Shown here: positions 43,757 through 55,700 of the stretch, piece by piece
Numbering within the stretch: the first letter of the stretch is position 1
Layout: each line of letters opens with the position of its first letter
Assembly (NCBI GenBank): GCA_965226775.1
Contig: CBDDEI010000002.1
Coordinates: 2,278,930 to 2,342,929 of the forward strand
Direction of reading: 5' to 3'
Source: Dehalococcoidia bacterium
GTDB taxonomy: Bacteria > Chloroflexota > Dehalococcoidia > SHYD01
Length of the DNA stretch: 64,000 bases
Notes under the pieces: model-generated
Databases searched by the model: none
What the model was told of the DNA's origin: nothing
The model's input: the letters and a program-made list of their open reading frames with translations, nothing else
Program-made: the position numbers and the translations under genes

Positions 43757-43968
43757 GGCGACGGCGCACGGCCCAATCCGTTCGCCCTTAATGAGGCCCG
43801 CATGGCGGATGGCTGTTAGCGGTGTCAGACCTGTGTGCAGGAGAGCGGGTTAGCCCCTAAAACGGAAGTCAGGGCCGGCTACTAATGACCTGCCTCGCAA
43901 GAACGGGTCCAGGCTCAATGGCCTGGCGGACACACCCGAGTGGGAGCGATACGCTGTCCATCGAGCCT

Positions 43969-44002
43969 GGGTGTAGTGAGGTGCGGGCACCCCACTACAC
44001 CC
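43969..44002. other. Strong palindromic hairpin
   Basis: GGGTGTAGTG-A-GGTGC-GG-GCACC-C-CACTACACCC. Confidence 0.6.
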
Positions 44003-44015
44003 GATGGTTCCAATC

Positions 44016-45260
44016 ATGATTAACAAGTATTTGGTTCAGATACAGGCCGCCACGCAGACTACTGGTATCTATGCCTACCGGGGACAGCGAGACTCTGCAT
44101 GGCCGCTCCACTCAGCAGCTACGCGTCCATGGTCGTGACATAGTACGGGACCCAGACTTTCCACAGTTATACATCAACTACAATCGCGACACTCTCGTAG
44201 AACCGGCACGAACCCGCGGATTCGGGTCTGAATCAGGGCGTCGACTGTCAGACTTAGAAGTGCTTGCAAAGTTGCAACACTTCGGCGCAGCGACTGCGCT
44301 GCTGGATTTCTCGTGGAGTCCCCTAATCGCCTGAAGTGGTTCGCGTGCGAAGACCTGACCAGCGACCTATTTTTGATCGACACGAACGATGCCATACGAG
44401 TTTCTAGGGTTTTCAGCGATGAGGCGGCCCAGGAACTGACCGCTGTGCTTCTGGGTCTCCACCGTATTGGGAACCAATCATGAGCGGGGATGCTTTGGCG
44501 CGGATTCTCCGGCAACGTAGTGTATTCATCATTGGCCGACCTCTACTGCCAGTCGATAAAGATATCTTGAGTGAAATATTGGTCGCGAAGGAAGATAAGG
44601 AGGCACTCAGGCTTGGCAAACTCTTGATTTCCACCAGGAATCACTAGTTCAAGACGTGTATGGGTTTGCTCAGGCCAGCCATAGAAGGCCAGTCCCAGCG
44701 CGTACCAACGACTCGGCAATCGGCACTATCCAAGGAGAGTACACCGAGGCGGTCGCAGCCTACAGCAAAGCCCAACTTGCTCCAAATGTGGGCATGACAC
44801 ACCTCTTGCGCGGCTGCAAATGCGGACTCCATCAAAAGGCTATCACGACAAGGCTGTAGCTCACATTGTCTCCTCCATAGTCGAAGATAGGTTTTCTTTA
44901 AGTAATTCCAAAGCGGAGTATAGACTACCACCCGACTACACGGAAGTGATAGGGGTTGCCTACTATAACCGAGGCAACACGTACGTAGATACAGATTCCT
45001 TTGCTCCTACGATCACAGGAAATACCCAGGTGGAGGCCGCCTTCAATAGAGGCAATACTCTATTGGCGCTGGGGCTGGCCGAGGCACGACTTTGTTATAC
45101 GAATGCCGTTGCGAAGGGCGTAGATCATGAAGGGATCGCCCAAAACCTGTGGACGTTAGAGCAGGTACTGTTGGTGGTAAATGATTTGGATTATACGGTC
45201 AGGGCACTCCCCGATCCAAACACAAGCAGCATGTGTCTGAGGTTCGAGGTACTAGCCTGA
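44016..45260 (+). pseudogene. FRG-domain plus TPR-like protein, decayed
   Basis: YAYRGQRDSAWPLHS, LQHFGAATALLDFSWSPL and WFAC FRG motifs split over several frames; AYYNRGNTY, AAFNRGNTLLALG TPR-like segments downstream. Confidence 0.7.
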
Positions 45261-45591
45261 GCGAGGTCAAAGCCTAAAACGCCTCTTATTTTTTGGACGA
45301 CAGGGAAATAATGGCAATATCGGCGGGCTATATGGGTAAACGTATCTATGTAGATTCGGAACGAAGATACGTGCTTCCTGACATGTACATAAGTACGGGG
45401 CGTCTATTGGGAGCAACATATACAGCACCGAGGTCTCGGGTGTCGGCACCTAACCTCCGCCTACAGTGGCAATTCGCCGCAGCATGGCGCTCCACTTCGC
45501 CGATAGCTATTGCCTCCTAGCCATTCCACCGGACTTCAGGCTAGTTAGCAACTTACGTCTATACGCCTTGCCCTCTCTGGCAAGTACAACC

Positions 45592-47055
45592 TCAGGCAAT
45601 ACCATCCGGTTCCTTGACATATTCCATCTTCATCAACAGGGCCGGCACAATTGCAAGCAGGGACAGGAACCCCGCGATCATAAAGAGGTTCTGGAACACG
45701 GTGACGCCGGCTTCTATCAGGATGGCCTCGGTCTCCGCAAAGTTCGCTCCAAGACTCACGTCAGCGGTCAGACTGTAGAAGCGCTCTATACCCCAGGCGG
45801 ACAGGGCCGCCAGCCCCAGCGCCATCCCCACCATTCGCGACGCGGTGACCAATGAGGCCGCTGCTCCCCAATAATCCCTGGGCGCTGCGCTCAAAGCGCT
45901 AACGCCTATCGGAGGGATGACCAGGCCAAATCCCAAACCCGCTGCCACCAGGGGCAAGGTTAGCCTGAGCTCCCCAACATCCGTCTCCCAGCCACTCATG
46001 AACAGCAAGCCCGTTCCCATCAACACAAGGCCGGTTATGCACACCTTTCTCACTCCCGCCCAGGGAAGAATGTAGCCTCCTACCAACGCCCCCACCGGAA
46101 TGGCGGCCGTAAGGCGCACCAGGCTAAGGGCGCTCTCCCAAGTCTCCCTTTTCATGACGGTGCCGGTCATGAGGGGCACGCATACCAAAGCCATGATCAA
46201 TGCGATCCCCACCAGAAACTGGGTAATGTTGGACGATAAGAACGCCCTGGAGGTATACAGGAAAGAAGCCAGCAGAGGTTGGGCCGCCCGTCTCTCCACC
46301 ATGATCAGTACGCCGATAGGGATGGCTGCTCCGGCCAACATCAGGTACGGGTAGATGGACTCCGCGGTGAAGATGCTTCTTTGGGCCAGTGCAACAGTTA
46401 GCACTGTGAGCGCCGCTCCAAGCGCCAACGCCCCTAAGTAGTCCATCTTTGCAGCAGGATTGGGGCGGTTCGGCAAGATGGCCATCAGCGCTATGAGAAA
46501 GAGGCTCTGGGGTACGTCCAGCCAGAATATCCATCGCCAGCCAATCCATTCGATGATGGCTCCTCCATAGAGGGGGCCCACAACGGATCCGGCTTCAGCC
46601 GAGGCGGCCACTAGTCCTATTGCAATCCCCCTCTTCTCCGTTGATACGGCTCCCACGGCCATAGCCAGGCCTATGGGTACCGTAGCGCCGCCTCCGATGG
46701 CCTGGACCACCCTGGCGGGCACAATCCAAGCGAAGTTCGGCGCAAGCGCTACCAACGCCGATCCAACGGCGAACACAACCAGCGCCGCCTGGAACATCCT
46801 GACGCGGCCGTAGACGTCGGACAGACGCCCCGCCAATGCCATGGCCACCGTGTAGCTGATCAGATACGCGGTTATGATCCAGGACGCCTTATCCAGGTCC
46901 GAAAGGGGGAGCTCCAGGTCCACCATGACGCGCTGCAGGGCGGCGACCACAACGGTCTGATCCAGCGCAGTCGAAAATACCCCCAGACAGAGAATCCCCA
47001 ATACAACCGACTGGGAAGAGCCCAGGCGATTGAGGGCAGACCTCACGCCGCTCAC
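45592..47055 (-). CDS. 14-TM MFS transporter resembling mycobacterial P55 (Rv1410c)
   Basis: ALDQTVVV, GRLSDVYGR, EAGSVVGPLYG, RMVGMALGLAALSAWG.ERF; start overlaps the upstream stop. Confidence 0.85.
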   Translation of the reverse strand: MSGVRSALNRLGSSQSVVLGILCLGVFSTALDQTVVVAALQRVMVDLELPLSDLDKASWIITAYLISYTVAMALAGRLSDVYGRVRMFQAALVVFAVGSALVALAPNFAWIVPARVVQAIGGGATVPIGLAMAVGAVSTEKRGIAIGLVAASAEAGSVVGPLYGGAIIEWIGWRWIFWLDVPQSLFLIALMAILPNRPNPAAKMDYLGALALGAALTVLTVALAQRSIFTAESIYPYLMLAGAAIPIGVLIMVERRAAQPLLASFLYTSRAFLSSNITQFLVGIALIMALVCVPLMTGTVMKRETWESALSLVRLTAAIPVGALVGGYILPWAGVRKVCITGLVLMGTGLLFMSGWETDVGELRLTLPLVAAGLGFGLVIPPIGVSALSAAPRDYWGAAASLVTASRMVGMALGLAALSAWGIERFYSLTADVSLGANFAETEAILIEAGVTVFQNLFMIAGFLSLLAIVPALLMKMEYVKEPDGIA

Positions 47056-47840
47056 GGGCCGGAGGTTATATCCGGAAGCTCGATGTCAACGGGGACGTTG
47101 ATGTCTTCGATGGTTAGAAGACGGCTAGTCTCCGGGGCGTCGCCGTTGTAGATTTGGCCCACGAGCCTCACCTGTCGCAAAACAAACTCTGTTTCGTCAA
47201 TCCACAAGGTCAGGGTCACCTCATTACCCGGATCCGCAGACGTGATGAGGTCCAACAGAGCCTCAGACGCAACCACTCCTTCAATGCGAATGGTCTGGGC
47301 GCCCTGCACGGTCTCCCGGCCTGTCATGGCTACGTTCTGTACCGTAGCAGGCAAATTGGCAAAAACCATACCCAACCCTGCAAAGTTGAAGGGCACTTGC
47401 TCCACGGGCAATGGGGACCACCGCGCGTTTTTGGAAAGTTTGACAAAGGCCTGATCCCCTACCTTTATCATCTCAATTTCCAGAAAACCAAAACCCGGAG
47501 CCACCACGTCCACCAGCATTCTGAGGCCGTCTGGGGCTTCTAGTACCGCTTCCATGCTCTTGAAAGTCGCCCCAAAGAACAGCGCGCCCGTTCCCGTTTC
47601 GTCGACCATACTGAACTTTGCCGTCTGCATGGCGCCTATATTCGCCCCCGCCGCCGCAAGATAATCTGCCGCACTTGGGGTGGGGGTCGGTGTGGGCGTG
47701 GGGGCAGGAGTGGCAGTGGCAGTGGGTGCAGGAGCGGGAGTAGCTGTAGGCTCCTCTGCGCACGCAGCGGCCATGAACAGGGAGGCGACCATCAACACGG
47801 TGATTGACAACCCGCGAATAGGCGTCATGCACACTCTCAT
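47052..47840 (-). CDS. LppX/LprAFG-family lipoprotein
   Basis: Lipobox AAAC, PT linker, GRETVQGAQTIRIEG, VTLTLWIDE..LRQV and INVPVDIELP C-terminus; translationally coupled to the MFS gene. Confidence 0.7.
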   Translation of the reverse strand: MRVCMTPIRGLSITVLMVASLFMAAACAEEPTATPAPAPTATATPAPTPTPTPTPSAADYLAAAGANIGAMQTAKFSMVDETGTGALFFGATFKSMEAVLEAPDGLRMLVDVVAPGFGFLEIEMIKVGDQAFVKLSKNARWSPLPVEQVPFNFAGLGMVFANLPATVQNVAMTGRETVQGAQTIRIEGVVASEALLDLITSADPGNEVTLTLWIDETEFVLRQVRLVGQIYNGDAPETSRLLTIEDINVPVDIELPDITSGP

Positions 47841-47852
47841 GTCATATCTCCT

Positions 47853-48185
47853 TCATCCAATGTCCGGCTGGAAGGCGGCAATCTCACGAGGAGCGGAGCC
47901 TACGTGCAAGTTACCAGGCGATTGCACCCCTACAGACGTAGCATTTATGTATCCTACTATGCTGCCAACCGCAGCGGAAGTGCGGTTCTTGGGCCTTCTG
48001 ATGAAGGCCGGCAGTTCTTCCGTGTCGCCAAGAACGGTTATCGCTCCATATCGTGAGCCAGTAAGAGAGCGGGCGCTGTCCACGATCCCCTGAAGCAAGT
48101 TGTCCAAGTCGAGGCCCTCGCTGAGACGGGACAGCCGGTCTATCTGAGCCTGCATCTCCAGGTCCCGTGCATCGTCTCGCTTCAT
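47853..48185 (-). pseudogene. N-terminal fragment 1 of the hybrid-kinase family
   Basis: Starts MKRDDARDLEMQA, identical to the 63969 start, with similar upstream DNA; homology is lost after GAITVLGD. Confidence 0.75.
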
Positions 48186-48526
48186 ATCTCCGCCTTGATT
48201 GGGATTGCGGAAGACCCGGGGTCCCCTCCACAGCGACCCAGGCTCCATGAAGCCGGATTCGACGTCTTGGGGCAAATTAAACAATCTCGACCAAAACTTA
48301 CATATATTTCATATAAAATAGCTGATTATCTCACAGTAACCTTACACACACCCTGTAGAATAGAGCGTAATAGGGAGGTGTTAGGCCAATCCCTGCGCTA
48401 GTCGGACTGAGATAGCAGCCGGTACCAAGGATGGGGGCAGGGCACATCTCGACGGCGGACACGTCGGGTATCGCCTACGGAGACAGGCTGGACAACGCCA
48501 CGTTAACCCCTTGTGTTCTTGAGGGG

Positions 48527-48733
48527 TCATCCCCGAGACGATGAAGGCGGCAGCTCTTCAGTGTCGCAAAGGACGATTATCTCTCCATATCGTGAACCGG
48601 TAAGAGAGCGGGCGCTGTCCACGATCCCCTGAAGCAAGTTGTCCAAGTCGAGGCCCTCACTGATGCGCCGGCCGGCCTCGCTCAAGCAGGACAGACGGCC
48701 GACCCGTGTTCGCCCCGGTCGGGAATCCGCCAC
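48527..48733 (-). pseudogene. N-terminal fragment 2 of the hybrid-kinase family
   Basis: RLSCLSEAGRRISEGLDLDNLLQGIVDSARSLTGSRYG; about 90 bp near-identical to 48040-48125. Confidence 0.7.
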
Positions 48734-48765
48734 GGATTGGGCGTCATCGCCTAGACTGGGCCGAT

Positions 48766-48887
48766 TGTACCAGCCGCAGGCCAGAAACTACACAGTAATT
48801 GTCACGATGGCGGCCTATGGATACACGTTATGTATACATAGGGGCTGTATCTAGGGATATTACTTAGGGCCATACAGGTGGAGTGAA
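48766..48887 (+). promoter_or_regulatory. Conserved upstream region of the chaperone-protease operon, copy B
   Basis: Matches 19119-19259 except for a short indel in an AT-rich segment. Confidence 0.6.
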
Positions 48888-49664
48888 ATGAGAAAGCTCG
48901 TTATCCTGCTGACCACAGTTGCCCTTGTACCAAGCGTGATGACGGTCCTGGCCGGATGCGGATCGTCTACACCGACGGACCAGCCCGCTGCAGCGCCCAC
49001 GGAGACCACATCCCCTCTCCTGAAACCCACCGCCACCGTAGCTACTCCTCTCGTGGGTGACTCCGTGTCAACACCAACTCCCGCGTCGTCTGTTAGCGAC
49101 GGGATTGAATTTGTGCCCGTCAACTCCTTCGGATCTTCCACGAAACAGGAACCTATAACGGTTGCTGATCAGGATTCTCCCCAGAAGCGCGGCCCCGGCG
49201 CCGACGGCCCTGTCCAGGGTGACCCCTACACCTGGCAGGACGGCGACAGGGCCATGACAGTGCTGCTTCAGACAGACCTGGTAGTCGAGAGAGGCGCCGA
49301 CGGACTGCCTCGTGACGTCGTTTCAGCCAACGAGGATGGAACTAACGTTGTCAGGAGTGCGGAAGCACAATCGAAGGGTGATACCCTGCCCGTCTTTCGC
49401 TCGGAGTCCCGCGCGCTGATGACCCTCCCCGGCGGCGTTCTGCTGGTGCTTAGCTCTGAATGGAGCCAGGCGGAAACAAACGCCTTTTTCTCCAACAACG
49501 GGATCAAGATGGACCGCGTGTCGGAGTTGGGCTTCGTCGCTAACGGCTTCTTCGTTGAAACTGAACCAGGGTTCCCCTCGCTAGACCTCGCCAACGCCCT
49601 GGCAGTGCAGGACGGGGTGGAAATCTCCAGCCCCAACTGGGAAAAAGACGCCACCCCGAAGTGA
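48888..49664 (+). CDS. Lipoprotein, putative stand-alone propeptide/external chaperone (copy B, intact)
   Basis: 258 aa; LAGC lipobox; ends QDGVEISSPNWEKDATPK; 79 bp upstream of protease B. Confidence 0.75.
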   Translation: MRKLVILLTTVALVPSVMTVLAGCGSSTPTDQPAAAPTETTSPLLKPTATVATPLVGDSVSTPTPASSVSDGIEFVPVNSFGSSTKQEPITVADQDSPQKRGPGADGPVQGDPYTWQDGDRAMTVLLQTDLVVERGADGLPRDVVSANEDGTNVVRSAEAQSKGDTLPVFRSESRALMTLPGGVLLVLSSEWSQAETNAFFSNNGIKMDRVSELGFVANGFFVETEPGFPSLDLANALAVQDGVEISSPNWEKDATPK

Positions 49665-49743
49665 TTGTTGCCTGTGCATACCACGGGTTGTTGTGACCCA
49701 CTGTTCCCGTGAACGCTAACGTCTCTTCAGCGTCATCTATCCC

Positions 49744-52700
49744 ATGACCAGGATAACCAGGATGCTTAGTCCGGCCAGACTGCTGCCGGCGGCGGGATGT
49801 GCCCTGCTCTGCGTAGTGCTGGCCCTGGGCTACGCCAGCGCGCAGACTCCTCCTGTCGCGCCTACCATCGACTCTGTAACCTCAGGCGATACCTCACTTA
49901 CCGTGGCCTGGACCGCTCCCGCCGGCGAGACCGGCATCACGGCCTACGACGTGCGTCACATCGAGACCAGCGAGGATGAGACAGATGACGCCAATTGGAT
50001 CATCGAGGACAACGCTTGGACATCCGGCGCGCTGCAATACACCATCACTAGCCTGACCAACGGCACGGAGTACGACGTGCAGGTGCGGGCGGTAAACTCC
50101 CACGGAGACGGGACCTGGTCCGCAACTGAGGTCGGGACGCCGGCCTTGCCCGCTCCCGCCGTCGACTCCGTTCGCGCCGACGACCTGGCCGTGCTGGTTT
50201 CCTGGAGCGCTCCCACCGGCATCACCACCGGAGTTGCCGCTTACGACGTGCGCTACATTGAGACCAGCGATGATGAGACGATGGACTCCAACTGGACTGT
50301 GGAGGAGGGCGCCTGGAAAGAGGGCAGTGGCAGCTTGGCCTACGCCGTCACTGGCCTGACCAACGGCACGGAGTACGACGTGCAGGTGCGCGCGGTGGAC
50401 GAAGACAATGTCGACGGCGCCTGGGCGGCCACAACCAGCGCAACTCCCGCGGACCACGGCGACACCCAGGCAGCGGCCACCACTATCTTCTCTCCGGACG
50501 CCAGTGTGTGGGGAGCCATTGACCCCGCCGACGATGAAGACTACTTCAGCTTTAGCGTGTCAAGCACAGCCGATTACTGGATATATACGTTAGGCGACCT
50601 GGATACCGTGGGTGAGCTGCTGGACAGCGGCGGCATGTCCATCAAGAGCAATGATAGAGGCGGCGCGCTGCCCAACCCGGACAACTTCTTCCTGTGGCAA
50701 AAACTACAATCCGGGACGTACTACATCAAGGTAACCGGCTACGGACCTACTGACGAACCGTATATCCTCAGGATCAGGGAGTTCCCGGACACCACGTCTA
50801 GGAGCAACGCCGCAACTCTGAATCTCAACGGCTCCGCAATCGCCACCATAGACCCGAAAGACGACGAAGACTACTTCAAGCTGGAGCTTTCCGAGACAAC
50901 GGAAGTTGCCATTCGCACCTCCGGGTTCCCTGACACCATAGGTGAGCTGCAAGACAGCAGCGGCACAGTAATTGCCTCCAACGACGACGGCTATCTTCCG
51001 GGCGGTATAAGGGATTTTCTCATTCGGGAAAGCCTCCAACAGGGAATCTACTACGTTAAGGTCAGCTCTTACGACGAAGATTCCGATGGGGCTTATTCAG
51101 TGTACGCTGCGTCCATAACGGAGCCGGGCAGCTCCATCACCGACGCCCAGCCACTGACCCTCGGCGGTCTGGCGGGCGGAATCATAGACCCGGCCGGCGA
51201 CGAGGACTACTTCAGCCTTACCCTCGAAGAGACAACTCACGTGATAATCGGTGGAGTGAGCACTGCCATTAATATCAGCGGCTATCTGACCGATGAAAAC
51301 GACCTAGCGGCCACGGTAGAATCAGGTCACTTAGACAACTATTTTAGCTTCGAAGGCAGATTGGATGCGGGCACATACTACTTGAAGGTGACGGGCAAGG
51401 ATGGCACAGAGACAGGACGTTACACCGTGATAGCTATCGTGGAGCCCGATCTAACCTATTTAGAAAACCGCTGCCACAACATTCCCAGGAGTGCAGGCAT
51501 AAAAGACCCGCTCTACGGATGCCAGTGGCACCTGAAGAACAATGACCAGTTCCGCAACAGTGGTGGGCATGACATACGCGTCGAGGAGGTGTGGCCCACC
51601 TACAAAGGCTCCGGCATCAACGTGGCGGTGGTGGACGCTGGTATGCACTTCCAGCATGAGGACCTGACTGACAACGTTCTCACCTCTTTCAATCACAACT
51701 ATCACCCCGACCTAACCGACATCTACCACCCCTTAGCGAACCACGGTACCGCCGTGGCTGGCCTCATCGCGGCGAAGGACAACAGCCTCGGCATGCGCGG
51801 CGTAGCCCCCAAGGCCTCTATCTACGGCTACAACGTACTGGTGGTTAGACCAAGCGCTGCCAACAAAGTGGACGCCATGTCGCGTAACGCGGCGACTACG
51901 GCCATTTCCAACAACAGTTGGGGCCCTGGAGACGACGGCCTGCCGCAACCTGCCAGTGCACTGTGGGAGACGGCAGTCAAAGATGGAGTCACGACCGGGT
52001 ATGGCGGAAAAGGCGTTTTCTACGCGTGGGCTGCTGGCAATGGCCATGGAGAATTCTTCCACGACTACTCCACTCTGGACGAGTTATCGAACTTCTATGC
52101 CGTCACTGCCGTCTGCGCCGTCGGCCACGACGACATAAGAAGCGACTACTCGGAAGCAGGCGCAAACCTGTGGGTGTGCGGGCCATCTAGCAGCGGGAGG
52201 GAGGGCCAACCCGAAATAGCCACCACCGACAACGGCCATCGCTATAGGGGCAGTTTTGGCGGTACCAGCGCCGCCACCCCCATAGTCTCCGGCGTGGTAG
52301 CGCTGATTCGAGAAGCAAATAACGCGTTGACGTGGCGGGACGTCAAGCTCATCCTGGCGGCCTCCGCCCGCAAGAACGACCCGGATAATACCGGCTGGGA
52401 GCAAGGAGCATTCAAATACGGGTCGACCACGAACCGCTACAACTTCAACCATGAGTACGGCTTCGGCATGGTGGACGCCAAGGCAGCCGTGGACCTGGCT
52501 CTGGGCTGGACCAACGTCCCCGACTTGAGGGAAATCACCTCTGAGTCAGGCGTCATCGACCTACTAATCCCGGATGCGCCGCGGTACGGTACGCCTGACA
52601 CGGTTACAACCAGCCTGACCGTAGACCCTTATGTAGAGTTCGGTGAGTTTGTGGAGGTCAACACCCACTTCGACCACCCTTACTTCCGGGACCTGACCGT

Positions 52701-55700
52701 TGAGCTGGTCTCGCCCTCAGGGGCCGTTTCAACGCTGTCCCCGACTGCAGCACGAGTGCCGGGGGCGCTGACCACCGAGTTTCGCTTTGGTTCGGCCCGC
52801 CACCTGGGCGAGGACGCGGCCGGCGAGTGGACGCTGCGGATCAAGGACGCTGTGACGATAGATAGCGGGACCCTCAAGTCGTGGGGTCTCACCATTTACG
52901 GTCATGGCTTCATTCCCGGCGCGCCCGGAATCGACACTGTGACTGCGGGAGGAGGCACACTCGAGGTTAACTGGAACGCGCCGACCGACACAGGGGAGAC
53001 GGCCATCACCTCCTACGACCTGCGCTACATTCGCGAAGATGCTACGGACAAGAGCGATGACAACTGGTCTGTGGTGACGGGCGTGGAGACGCCGAGCAAC
53101 CGGAGCTACACCATCACCGGACTGAGGGGCGGGGTGCAGTACGAAATCCAACTGCGGGCCCACAACGGTTCCGGACACGGCCCCTGGTCCCAAGCGGAAG
53201 CTTACGAGCCCACCACGGTCGCGCCGGCCGCGCCGGCCATAACCTCCATCACACGCGGCGACACGACTCTGGCTGTCGTCTGGACGGCCCCCGCTGACAC
53301 GGGTGGCGGGGTCATCACAGCCTACGACGTGCGCTACATTGAGACCAGCGAAGACGAGACAGATGACGCCAACTGGACGGTGCGGGACAACGCCAAGAGA
53401 AGAGGCTTCCTGCGGTACACCGTCACTGGCCTCACCAATGCCACGGAGTACGACGTACAGGTGCGGGCCGTTAACTCCGCGGGGGATGGAGCCTGGTCTG
53501 ACACAGAGACCGGCACTCCGCGGGCGGAAGCTATACCCATAACGTTGCAGTGGGAAGAGACCTCTTTTGAAGTGGCCGAGGACGCCGGGAGCGTCGTCTT
53601 GAGGGCAGTCTTCACAACCACACTTGACGCGCCGCCGGAGGTTGACTTTACTTTCGATGTGACACTGACCACCACCGATAGCGGCACAACCCAAGACGAC
53701 GACTACACGGCTCCGCCTTCGTCCGCGACTTTTGTCGCGAGCGACTTCAGCCAGACCGACGTGAACGGCCAGCAGCGATATCGCGCAACCAGGGATTTCA
53801 ACGTAGCCATCATAGACGACACAGCGGATGAATCGAACGAAGCCTTCAACGTGACCCTGGCCTACCTGACTCCCGACCTCACGCATCTCCAGGGAGGCCC
53901 CTCCACGGCAGTCGTCACAATCACCGACAACGACTTCGTACCCGTCACCCTCAGCTGGGAACAGGCGGCTATAACGGTCGGTGAGCACGTCGGAACCGCC
54001 ACACTGCACGCCTACGCCATCACCACTAAGGACAAGCGGCCCGAAGTCGGGTTCTCCTTCGACGCCTCTATCTCTACCTCGAACGGCAGCGCGGCCCAGC
54101 CCGGCGACTATACGCGGGTGGACGATACCGTCACGTTCAGCCGGAACGACTTCAGCCGGGTGACCATCAACGGCCAACCCCGCTATCGCGCCGCTAAGCA
54201 AGTGCCCGTGACCATTCAGGATGACACGTCCGACGAAGGCGAGGAGGACTTCACCGTAACCATTGAGTACGCAACTCCCGCCCCGCCGCACCTGCAGGGC
54301 GGAGCAGCCACGATGCGCGTAACGATCACCGACAACGACTTCGTACCCGTCACCCTCAGCTGGAACCAGGCATCCGTGAGCGTCGACGAGAATGCGCTAA
54401 CGGTCACCCTGCAGGCCCGGGCTACCACCACCTCGGACAAAATGCCGGAGAGCGGTTTCACCGTCGCCCTGTCCGCGACAACGGCCGGCAACACCGCCAC
54501 CCAAGGCTCGGACTATCGGAGGCTGAACAGCAGCTTCAGCTTCAGCCAGGGCGACTTCACGCGCACAAACGTTGGGGGTCGATTCCGCTTCCAGGCAACC
54601 CGGGACATCAGCGTCTCCATCATCAACGACACCGTCGACGAGCCAGACGAGGACTTCACGGTAATCCTGAACTACTCCGACCCAAGCCTCCCCCATCTAC
54701 AGGGAGGTCCCTCCACGGCAGTCGTCACAATCCAGGACAACGAACACGTACCCGTCACCCTCAGCTGGGAACAGGCGGCTATAACGGTCGGTGAGCACGC
54801 CGGAAGCGCCACACCGCGCGCCTACGCCATCACCACTGTGGACAAGCGGCCGGAGAGCGGCTTCTCCTTCGACGCCTCCATCTCTACCTCGAACGGCAGC
54901 GCGGCCCAGCCCGGCGACTATACGCGGGTGGACGTTACCGTCACGTTCAGCCGGAACGACTTCAGCCGGGTGACCATCAACGGCCAACCCCGCTATCGCG
55001 CCGCTAAGCAAGTGCCAGTGACCATTCAGGATGACACAGCAGACGAAGGCGAGGAGGACTTCACCGTAACCATTGAGTACGCGAACCCCGGCCCAATTCA
55101 CCTGCAGGGCGGAGCAGCCACGATGCGCGTAACGATCACCGACAACGACTTCGTACCCGTCACCCTCAGCTGGGAACAGCCGGACGTGAGCGTCGACGAG
55201 AATGCGCTAACGGTCACCCTGCAGGCCCGGGCTACCACCACCTCGGACAAAATGCCGGAGAGCGGTTTCACCGTCGCCCTGTCCGCGACAACGGCCGGCA
55301 ACACCGCCACTCAAGGCTCGGACTATCGGAGGCTGAACAGCAGCTTCAGCTTCAGCCAGGACGACTTCACGCGCACAAACGTTGGGGGTCGATTCCGCTT
55401 CCAGGCAACCCGGGACATCAGCGTCTCCATCATCAACGACACCGTCGACGAGCCGGACGAGGACTTCACGGTAATCCTGAACTACTCCGGCCCAAGCCTC
55501 CCCCATCTCCAGGGAGGCCCCTCTACGGCAGTCGTCACAATCCAGGACAACGACTTCGTAGCCGTCACCCTCAGCTGGGAACAGCCGGACATAACGGTCG
55601 CTGAGCACGTCGGAAGCGCCGCACTCCGTGCCTACGCCATCACCACTGTGGACAAGCGGCCGGAGAGCGGGTTCACCTTCGACGCCTCCATCTCTACCTC

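Noticed and set aside
52729-54291. Long antisense or alternate-frame ORFs (also 1256-2137, 57547-58914, 62297-63814, 39755-40615, 35716-36561)
   Set aside because: They overlap well-supported genes on the other strand, carry no motifs, and are expected shadows of high-GC codon bias.
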